Origin: Patescibacteria group bacterium
Lineage (GTDB): Bacteria; Patescibacteriota; Microgenomatia; Levybacterales; UBA12049
Length of the DNA: 48,660 nt
Direction: 5' to 3'
Assembly (NCBI GenBank): GCA_035715145.1
Contig: DASTLH010000036.1
Coordinates: forward strand, 1 to 48,660
Shown: positions 25,479 through 32,790 of the stretch, piece by piece
Numbering within the stretch: the stretch's first letter is position 1
How the letters are laid out: every line of letters starts with the position of its first letter
Program-made: the position numbers and the translations under genes
Notes under the pieces: model-generated
The model's input: only the letters and a program-made list of their open reading frames with translations
Told to the model about the DNA's origin: nothing
Databases searched by the model: none

Positions 25479-26312
25479 ATGGGACGAGAAACAGCTTCAG
25501 AAAGAAAAGTAGTAGCAGGCGCTGCTGACCTTCATGTCAGACGTGATGTTCCTTCTTCTCGAGAACGATTCAGTAGTACCATTGCTGCCTTCATACAAGG
25601 AGAAGCACAATACCTTTTTCTTAATGGCGATACCTTTGACCAGAAAGCAACGTATGATGATGTCACATTCGTAGCTGGTGAGCTTCAAAAAGCCAGACTT
25701 GCCGGGAAAAGAATTTTTGGACTTTCAGGCAATCATGAGGAGCGAATGACAGATCCCAAGCATCAAAAAGTAATCAGTATGCTCTCAGAGGCTGGAGTCG
25801 AGTTTTTTGATGATCAACTCGTAGAGCTTGAAGGAGTAGTTTTTGTTGGCGTACCCTGCATCTTATCAAAGCCACAACAGGATGGTATTCATGCTTTGCC
25901 GGTAAGAGAACAAGCTGCTGCTATGCAAAGACAACTTGAAGAAACCCATGGGGAAACGTTTGAAAAACTTATGGAAGAGGCAAAAAGAAGGGAAAAACCG
26001 GTTATTGTCTGGTTTCATAATCCACCAATTGCTCAGGCGTATGGTGACGAATTATCAAACTACGATCCCGTTGAATTACCCGGGCGATTTGCAAAGGCAA
26101 TGGACCCCCATGTGGTTGCAGTCGCTCTTAATGGGCACTTACACGGAAAACCGTTTAAAGGAGTCAGGTTGGCAGAAACACCTGAGGGTATTTTAATCAT
26201 CAATAACGCAATAGGTGTTATGGGGGGAATTACCTATGTAACACTGCCTGAATCAATTGGAGATATTCCGGCAGCCAGAACCATAACAGGCCGACGAATT
26301 CAATCTCAATGA
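25479..26312 (+). CDS. calcineurin-like metallophosphoesterase
   Basis: AADLHV (DxH), LNGDTFD (GD), SGNHEE (GNHE), WFHNPP, NGHLHG (GHxH). Confidence 0.8.
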   Translation: MGRETASERKVVAGAADLHVRRDVPSSRERFSSTIAAFIQGEAQYLFLNGDTFDQKATYDDVTFVAGELQKARLAGKRIFGLSGNHEERMTDPKHQKVISMLSEAGVEFFDDQLVELEGVVFVGVPCILSKPQQDGIHALPVREQAAAMQRQLEETHGETFEKLMEEAKRREKPVIVWFHNPPIAQAYGDELSNYDPVELPGRFAKAMDPHVVAVALNGHLHGKPFKGVRLAETPEGILIINNAIGVMGGITYVTLPESIGDIPAARTITGRRIQSQ

Positions 26313-26899
26313 CACAACACAAAAATATGAAAATAGGATTATTAACATCATATAGAGCACAAAAACAGTTTGAAAAACAATTCAAGCAAATGGTTGCTCA
26401 TCTTGAAAAGAGAGGACATATAGTTGTTCATAATTTTGAGATGTCTCTTGAAAAACTGCTGCCTCTTACGTATCCGCAGCGTGAAAAAGTATTTCTTTCT
26501 TTTTATGAAAAACTTGAAGGGTGTGACTTGGTGATTGCCGAGTGCTCTTTGCAAAGTACGCAAGTAGGATTTGGATTGTCCTATCTGCGAACACGGGGAA
26601 AACCGATTGTCATTTTGTCAAAAAAAGGCTCAGGAAGTGAGTTTGCTACTGTTGGAGAACTCTATTCAACCGTTGAGAATATGATGATTGATGAGTACTC
26701 TGATGAAACAATTCCAAGAGTTTTAGATGATGTTATTGCATTTATGGAACCACACTTAGACAAACGATTTACCATTATTTTCCCAGCAAGTCTTCTGGCA
26801 AAAGTAGAAGATGTGGCAAAGAAAAAGAAGCTGCCAAAAGCTGTTTATATTAGACAATTGATAGAAAAAGACCTCAAAGATTCCTCAGAAAATCAGTAA
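26309..26899 (+). CDS. two-domain protein: N-terminal Rossmann-like domain (nucleoside 2-deoxyribosyltransferase-like?) fused to a C-terminal ribbon-helix-helix DNA-binding domain
   Basis: ATGA overlap with the phosphoesterase gene. CDLVIAECS...VGFGLSYLRTRGKPIVIL resembles the NDT-like core. The C-terminal RFTIIFPASLLAKVEDVAKKKKLPKAVYIRQLIEKDL fits a beta-alpha-alpha RHH (CopG/Arc) pattern. Confidence 0.5.
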   Translation: MTQHKNMKIGLLTSYRAQKQFEKQFKQMVAHLEKRGHIVVHNFEMSLEKLLPLTYPQREKVFLSFYEKLEGCDLVIAECSLQSTQVGFGLSYLRTRGKPIVILSKKGSGSEFATVGELYSTVENMMIDEYSDETIPRVLDDVIAFMEPHLDKRFTIIFPASLLAKVEDVAKKKKLPKAVYIRQLIEKDLKDSSENQ

Positions 26900-26983
26900 T
26901 TTTATTTTAATTTTTTCGTATTTTCAGTAATTTGCTTTTGCCTTTTTAGCGTGTTTAGCCTCGTGATTCGCATGTGTAGCGCA

Positions 26984-27012
26984 TTGAGTCATTAAAACAC
27001 CAATGATATATT
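26984..27012 (+). promoter_or_regulatory. candidate promoter TTGAGT-17-TATATT for the vWA-PP2C-kinase operon
   Basis: TTGAGT at 26984-26989, 17-nt spacer, TATATT at 27007-27012. ATG 27024 lies 11 nt downstream, and the ORF-track ATG 27003 falls inside the spacer. Confidence 0.4.
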
Positions 27013-27023
27013 GCCAACAAGAT

Positions 27024-28004
27024 ATGGCAGACGAAATGTTTAGACCAGCAACAGAACAAGTAGGACCAGTCCAACGAGAGACGGGGACTCGAGCTATTTT
27101 GAAAAAAGCAGCACCAGCAACAGTGGCAGAAGTTCGCAGTACTTCTCAAAAACTGGAGCGGGAAGTTGATGCAAATGTTCCTCAACTTATTGACGCACTT
27201 ACTACACTTCGAGATTCTCTTGCAGAAGCACGAGTCACTCGGGGTACCAGTACTCGAGCAGAATTGGCAAAAGGTGCCGCTCCCAAAATGACATTAGTTG
27301 TTGTTGGTGATTGCTCTCCCAGTATGGAAACAGGAATCCACCAATGGTCACAAGGGCAATTAAAAGGCGTAGAAGCAGAAGATAAATTAGTAGCACTTTT
27401 AGGCTCCGCTTCTGTTCAAATGTCTACCGGACAATATGGAGAATTTGATACAGAATTTATGCTTTTCAGCCTTCCTGATAGAGCAAATGGAGACGATTTA
27501 AGACAAGATAAGGGAAGTATTCCCGGCAGAGCAAAATCCGGCGGATCAAATAATGTTTCAAAAGTTATTAAGCCAAGAGAACAGGTATTCCGAGAAGAAG
27601 ATTTGGTGGGAGTATTTACCTTTTTACGAGACGGTAATTATCGAGGTAACAGCACCATTGTCGCTCCAAGTCTTCAATTACTCGCAGAAGAATTACAAGC
27701 AAATAGTGAATGGGTACAAAGAGTAAAAAATCACGAAGAAGCATTGGTTGTTTTACTTGTCACTGACGGAGAAGTGTTTGATGCAGCTCAAGCCAATACT
27801 CTTATTAATGGACAAAACGGTCTCGCAGAAAATGGCGCGTATGTTATGACTGCTGTCATTGGTAATGGAGGAAGTCTTATCAGGAGTGCAACAGGGCCTC
27901 ACACCTTCTCAGCAAATAGTCCGGAGGATTTTGTTAAAGGAGTAAAACAACAATCAGATGTAGCGAAATCAGAGAGAGGAGGCAGACGGTTCTCGTCTCG
28001 ATAA
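27024..28004 (+). CDS. von Willebrand factor A (vWA) domain protein with an intact MIDAS motif (TerY-like)
   Basis: LVVVGDCSPSM (DxSxS), a conserved Thr region GNST, LLVTDGEVFD. An N-terminal extension of about 90 aa has unknown function. Confidence 0.75.
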   Translation: MADEMFRPATEQVGPVQRETGTRAILKKAAPATVAEVRSTSQKLEREVDANVPQLIDALTTLRDSLAEARVTRGTSTRAELAKGAAPKMTLVVVGDCSPSMETGIHQWSQGQLKGVEAEDKLVALLGSASVQMSTGQYGEFDTEFMLFSLPDRANGDDLRQDKGSIPGRAKSGGSNNVSKVIKPREQVFREEDLVGVFTFLRDGNYRGNSTIVAPSLQLLAEELQANSEWVQRVKNHEEALVVLLVTDGEVFDAAQANTLINGQNGLAENGAYVMTAVIGNGGSLIRSATGPHTFSANSPEDFVKGVKQQSDVAKSERGGRRFSSR

Positions 28005-28005
28005 T

Positions 28006-28899
28006 ATGGCAGAAAGAAATTCACAACCATTAGTTCCAATTGATAATGTCACTCGCGGAGAAACACTTGCTTCATCAGCGCTTACCCCTGATGCTGCACG
28101 ACAAACAGCAACCGCTGCAGAAGTTGCAGGAAGAATTTTTAGAAGAACCACCAGTAAGCTTGATGCCTCAATGCAAGATATGGGATATCTGGTAGCAGAA
28201 TTGGGACTTGATAAAGACATGTGGCAGGGAAAAATTGAAAGAAAAATTGCTGGACTGGTGAGAGAAAATCCAGGACTTTCAGCAAATGATGCTCGGGTTA
28301 ACTGGGCTGCAAAAGCAGAAGCATACCTGGCACTTACCAAACAATTTGGGTTTAAAGAGGCAGATCAGTATAGCGATTTAAATGAATTATCAGGAGGTTT
28401 GGTAGTTGCTCTGACAGAAAGTGGTTCTGTTGTCATGCTTGGACCAGGCACCAATTACAACGGTACAGGTGCACAAGGCGAAGGACGATTTGCCATGACC
28501 TATATGAAGGGTCGAGAAGGAAACAAACAGCAAGATGATGGACTTGTTCCTCCAGAAGTTCATGTGGCAGACGGAGCAAAAGAAGCAAAAGTAGTTGTTC
28601 TCAATCAGGATTCTGTTTGGGACGACGCAGCAGGAGAATATGTTACAACAAATTGGGCACCAGTTGCTGATGCACCCACAACAAATAGACTTTTAGATAT
28701 CGATCACAGCAAAATTGATAAATCACTTATGGATTCTCAAGGAACGTCCAGACTTTTGAAAGTGATGGTTCTTGCCGGGCCAGAAGATGTTGAAGGAGTT
28801 ATGAGTGCTTTTGAAGGCGTATCAGATGAGATTAATAGACTTACCGGAACTCGTGCCGTTAGACGAAGTCCAGCAGCACAGCCTGCACAGGAGGAATAA
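28006..28899 (+). CDS. hypothetical protein (297 aa), conserved position between the vWA and PP2C genes
   Basis: ATG lies 1 nt after the vWA stop. Composition matches its neighbours. No recognised motif and no TM segment. Confidence 0.65.
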   Translation: MAERNSQPLVPIDNVTRGETLASSALTPDAARQTATAAEVAGRIFRRTTSKLDASMQDMGYLVAELGLDKDMWQGKIERKIAGLVRENPGLSANDARVNWAAKAEAYLALTKQFGFKEADQYSDLNELSGGLVVALTESGSVVMLGPGTNYNGTGAQGEGRFAMTYMKGREGNKQQDDGLVPPEVHVADGAKEAKVVVLNQDSVWDDAAGEYVTTNWAPVADAPTTNRLLDIDHSKIDKSLMDSQGTSRLLKVMVLAGPEDVEGVMSAFEGVSDEINRLTGTRAVRRSPAAQPAQEE

Positions 28900-28902
28900 T
28901 GT

Positions 28903-30654
28903 ATGCCGCCTGAACTACCACAAGACCCTCAGCAGGGGCAAACTACACCAAGAGAAACAGTCCGTTTAGGACCTGTGTCAGAACCTGTAGCAGAACCGAT
29001 AGCCCCACCTGTAGTTGAATTTCGAGTCAGGGTAAGAGAAGCAGCTAAAACGCAAATGGACATGGTACTTCCTGGAGAGAGTGTTTTGGGACGTTTTCGT
29101 GGACCAATTGCTTTGTTCCCCCGAGCTCCCTACGATAAGGACGAAAAAACAGGAGCAGTAACCCAGCCTACATTTGTTTTAGGAACAGAACAAAATCAAA
29201 ATAGACGAGTAGCAGATGTCTCTTCACGATTTGCGTATTCAGACAAGGCAGCTTCATTTGTCTCGTCAGAACAAACGTCACTTGCTCCCAAAGAATTGGT
29301 ATTGGTTCCTCTTCCACTTCCTACAGAACGGGTAGTTTTGACAACCGGCATGAGAGCAGACGGAACAACTTCCCATAGTCCACTCACTCTGTTTCAGGAT
29401 AAAGGACAATATTTTCTCAGAGATCAAGACGGTGGTATTTCTCCTCTTCCATCAGACTTTAGTGTGAGTACCCATGAGCTTAATATGAGGGAAAAGGTTT
29501 ATGTGTCACCACCAGAAAGACAAGGAGAAATTGCAGAGTCAGATGTTTTGGTCAAACAGGATAAAACGGTAATGAATGCAAAAGTGGTTGTTGCCGATGG
29601 TATTCCTTCACTTCTTGTTGAAGGAGCAATGGGGGGAAGTGTGGTTGTTGGAAGACAGGCACTTGATCATCTGCATAGTTTCTATGAAACCAGGGCAACA
29701 AAAACTGAACAATTTAAAGGAGGATTTTTGTTGAGTGTTCCAAGCAAAAGACATCCCTTAAGAAATGAAGATGCAGTTTTTAGAACTCCTGATGGAATTC
29801 ATGTTGTTTTGGACGGAATGGGCTCGTATCAAAGTAATGGCGTTCATACAGGCTATGAACACAGCAGATTGGCACAAGCAGTTATTTTGGAAAGTCTTGC
29901 CGCACGAGGGCAGCAAAAAGAACCTTCACACCAGCTTGAGGCATTTATTGGGGCTTTAGTTGATGCTCATGAAGTTTTAAAAAGAAATATGACGGTTGCT
30001 GGAGATACCACGGTAGCGCTGTCACGAATAATGTCTGACAGAAAAAAAGGTCCGGTTCTTGTGTGGGCAAATATTGGAGACTCACGGGTTATGGTTGTCA
30101 GAAATGGACAGGTTATTCAGGTTTCAGAGGACGATAGTGTTTTGGAAGATTATTATCATGGCAAAGGAATGGACACCTGGATATCAGTTGGAGATAAAAC
30201 ACAGGCTATGCAACTGTTTGAGGCAGGATTTCCTTATGACGAAACTTCAGGAAAAGTGTTTTTTTCAAGAAAACAGGTGGATTTGATGAGATCAATTCTT
30301 GACAGGTTTCATGGGTTTGGTATGTTTGCAACCGATTCATTTCTTGGACAGTTCTTTAGACAAAGTAGTGTTACCAAAGGGCTTAAAGAGCACATGAATA
30401 ATTCAAAAACAGATGTTCACAGTGGCATATTTCAACTAGAACGAGGGGATATGGTTTTAACGATGTCTGACGGAGTGTCAGATCCATTATCAATTGAGGA
30501 TATGGAAATGATTGCAAGGCGAGTGGGGAGAGATCCACAAAAGCTTGCTACAGAAATGCTTGTCCAGGTTGATAAAACAAATGCTACCCCATCTGAATAT
30601 TCCCAGCGAGGGAAAGAAGATGATAAATCTCTCGTTGTGGAGGTGGTTTCATGA
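28903..30654 (+). CDS. PP2C-family Ser/Thr protein phosphatase with a roughly 280-aa N-terminal region of unknown function
   Basis: RNEDAV, VVLDGMGS, ANIGDSRV, MSDGVSD and KEDDKSLVV, in order, in aa 285-583. SD AGGAGGA lies 7 nt upstream of the ATG. Confidence 0.85.
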   Translation: MPPELPQDPQQGQTTPRETVRLGPVSEPVAEPIAPPVVEFRVRVREAAKTQMDMVLPGESVLGRFRGPIALFPRAPYDKDEKTGAVTQPTFVLGTEQNQNRRVADVSSRFAYSDKAASFVSSEQTSLAPKELVLVPLPLPTERVVLTTGMRADGTTSHSPLTLFQDKGQYFLRDQDGGISPLPSDFSVSTHELNMREKVYVSPPERQGEIAESDVLVKQDKTVMNAKVVVADGIPSLLVEGAMGGSVVVGRQALDHLHSFYETRATKTEQFKGGFLLSVPSKRHPLRNEDAVFRTPDGIHVVLDGMGSYQSNGVHTGYEHSRLAQAVILESLAARGQQKEPSHQLEAFIGALVDAHEVLKRNMTVAGDTTVALSRIMSDRKKGPVLVWANIGDSRVMVVRNGQVIQVSEDDSVLEDYYHGKGMDTWISVGDKTQAMQLFEAGFPYDETSGKVFFSRKQVDLMRSILDRFHGFGMFATDSFLGQFFRQSSVTKGLKEHMNNSKTDVHSGIFQLERGDMVLTMSDGVSDPLSIEDMEMIARRVGRDPQKLATEMLVQVDKTNATPSEYSQRGKEDDKSLVVEVVS

Positions 30655-32189
30655 GGCCATATCCATCAATTCTTTCTCCTTTCTCCCATGGCGCTGAAAT
30701 GGGAGGAGTTCGTATTCCGTTTACTCTTGCTGTTTATTCCGGACCAACCCTGAGAGAACCAAGGCAAAATGAAGCAATTCATCAGGGAGTTAATGGCATT
30801 CAAGTTGGAAAAGGATTGTATCAGATTGATGGGAAATTAAGTGAAGGCGGCATGGGAGTTACGTATCGGGCACGACTTCATAGTACTCAAGAAGGCGCTA
30901 CTCCATCAGAATTGAAAGCGCTTCCCTCACGAGTTGTGGTAAAAGAAATGACATTTCAAATTCCAGAAATGTTTTTAACTCGTGCAACTGCAGAGACCTA
31001 TGTCAAAGAATGGCGAGCAGAACGGGTAGCAAAAGACGGGTTAGTTGATGTTTTGGCTCAAAAAATTCCTTTGGTTATCATTGGACAACAACGACGACTT
31101 CGTGCAGAACAAGATCTTGCAAGAAAAATGCGGGCTCAAATGGTAGCAAAAGTTACCGAGCCTTCTCAACGACAGGTTTTAGAAAGTTTTCTTCCAAGAA
31201 ATCCCTCAACCAAACAGGAAGTTTCCAGAGCACTTGAAAGCTACTATGCAGCACAATTAAAAACAGATATTTTGGCACAAATTCCTGGAGCTGAGAGAAA
31301 AACACAAATGGATACAGCTCTTTCTGTTCCAAGGCAAAGGCAAGCTGGAGGAGAGACAACAGATACTGTTGCTCAGCGGCTTGTTGCCTATACTCAGACT
31401 CCTGAAGCACATGAACTTCAGGAAGATTTAGAGAGGCAAAAAGCTGAATTCCTTCGTGAGGTGGCTGTTCTTAAAATTCTTGAATCAGCAAAAGTGGATC
31501 ATATTCCAAAAGCTGTCGGCGGGCTTATCAGAGCCAATAATGGAAGAAGTGGCATGAAACATATTGTTGACTTGTTTTTTGCCCAAACAGAAATGCCTGG
31601 ACAACCTTTGTCTCAATTTTTGCGCAAAAAAGATGCCGTAACAGGAGATCCAGGACAAACATTTACTGAAAGTTATGCGGTAAAGGCAATGATTAAGTAT
31701 CTGCGAACTCTTGAGCAAATTCAGGCAGCAGGATTTGTCTATAGAGATGGAAAACCGGAAAATACTCTTTTTGATATCAAAACAGGAGAAATATCAATTG
31801 TTGATTTTGGAATTGCCGTTCCGGTAAAGCCGGATGTCATTGCCCGAATGAAAAAAGAGGGAATTGTGACTGATGCTGTGGCACAGGGGACTCTGGGGTA
31901 TTATCCACCAGAGGCAACAAGGCGAATTCCAGTTATTGATGAGCGGGGCGATACTTTTTCAGCAGCGAAATTATTGTATGCACTTCTTACTGCAGAGCTT
32001 CAGCCAGATGATAATCCGGTTGTTTTTGTTAATGAGCAGCTTATGCAGGTCCCAGACAGTATTATTTCTCGTCCTTTGAAAGCAATTATTACCAGAGGAG
32101 TAGATCCCCAATATGAGCAGCGCTATACTCCTGCACAAATGAGAGAGCAATTGGAAACTCATCTGGAGAAAATCTCCCGACGAACCTAA
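30651..32189 (+). CDS. Hanks-type Ser/Thr protein kinase, soluble, with a large insertion between beta3 and helix C
   Basis: G-loop GKLSEGGMGVTY (aa 61-72), VVVKEM Lys98, EFLREVAVL Glu270, catalytic loop YRDGKPEN (aa 364-371), VDFGIA (aa 384-389), GTLGYYPPE. ATGA overlap with the PP2C gene. SD GGAGGTGG. Confidence 0.85.
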   Translation: MRPYPSILSPFSHGAEMGGVRIPFTLAVYSGPTLREPRQNEAIHQGVNGIQVGKGLYQIDGKLSEGGMGVTYRARLHSTQEGATPSELKALPSRVVVKEMTFQIPEMFLTRATAETYVKEWRAERVAKDGLVDVLAQKIPLVIIGQQRRLRAEQDLARKMRAQMVAKVTEPSQRQVLESFLPRNPSTKQEVSRALESYYAAQLKTDILAQIPGAERKTQMDTALSVPRQRQAGGETTDTVAQRLVAYTQTPEAHELQEDLERQKAEFLREVAVLKILESAKVDHIPKAVGGLIRANNGRSGMKHIVDLFFAQTEMPGQPLSQFLRKKDAVTGDPGQTFTESYAVKAMIKYLRTLEQIQAAGFVYRDGKPENTLFDIKTGEISIVDFGIAVPVKPDVIARMKKEGIVTDAVAQGTLGYYPPEATRRIPVIDERGDTFSAAKLLYALLTAELQPDDNPVVFVNEQLMQVPDSIISRPLKAIITRGVDPQYEQRYTPAQMREQLETHLEKISRRT

Positions 32190-32234
32190 TAATTTAACTT
32201 GACAACTCATCACCAAAAGTGTCTACAATAGGGT

Positions 32235-32786
32235 ATGGAGAAAAAGACTATCAGCGTTCATGCATTTACGGTTCATATCTATACGGTTGCCATTGTTGTT
32301 TTACTCCTCCTGTTGGGCATTTTGGGTTTAAAGTATATTCATCTTAAATTGGCAGTGAAAGGTTTTACTAATTCAGCAATGTGGCTTAATACACAACAAG
32401 AGCCAGTTGGTTCAATTACTGATTATGCAACAATTGTTGCAACTACTGTTGGACAGTATCCCCAAGATAAACCACTCTATACCAATCCGTTGTCTTTGGA
32501 AAATTACGTCACGACACTGTCTAAAGAGCTTCGACGAGATATTGTTGTCGTTGACACTACCGGGAAAATCTTAGCAGATACCGTGGTAGCAAATATGGGC
32601 AGCAAATATTCATTAGACACAAAAGCAGAAGTTTCAAAAACTATTTCAGATGGTCTGCCACGATCGTTTACAGAAACAAGTAAAGATTATCCTCAGGGAA
32701 TTTCTCAGCAAGTGGTTGTTTTTAAAAATGCTTCAGGTCAAACACTTGGCGGTGTGATTGTCTCCAATACGCTTCTTTCTCAATAA
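32235..32786 (+). CDS. membrane-anchored extracytoplasmic protein, possibly a Cache/PDC-like sensor fold without an output domain
   Basis: A single N-terminal TM helix. The pattern DIVVVDTTGKILADT...G..Y.........FKNASGQTLGGVIVS resembles PAS/Cache beta-sheet strands. TACAAT (32224-32229) lies 5 nt before the ATG. Confidence 0.35.
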   Translation: MEKKTISVHAFTVHIYTVAIVVLLLLLGILGLKYIHLKLAVKGFTNSAMWLNTQQEPVGSITDYATIVATTVGQYPQDKPLYTNPLSLENYVTTLSKELRRDIVVVDTTGKILADTVVANMGSKYSLDTKAEVSKTISDGLPRSFTETSKDYPQGISQQVVVFKNASGQTLGGVIVSNTLLSQ

Positions 32787-32790
32787 GTCT

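Noticed and set aside
27003-27023. Upstream ATG 27003 as the start of the vWA gene
   Set aside because: It falls inside the spacer/-10 of the TTGAGT-17-TATATT promoter candidate. ATG 27024 is preferred, though with low certainty.
27969-28340. 123-aa minus-strand ORF
   Set aside because: It is antisense to the tightly coupled vWA and unknown genes. GC-richer DNA keeps antisense frames open.
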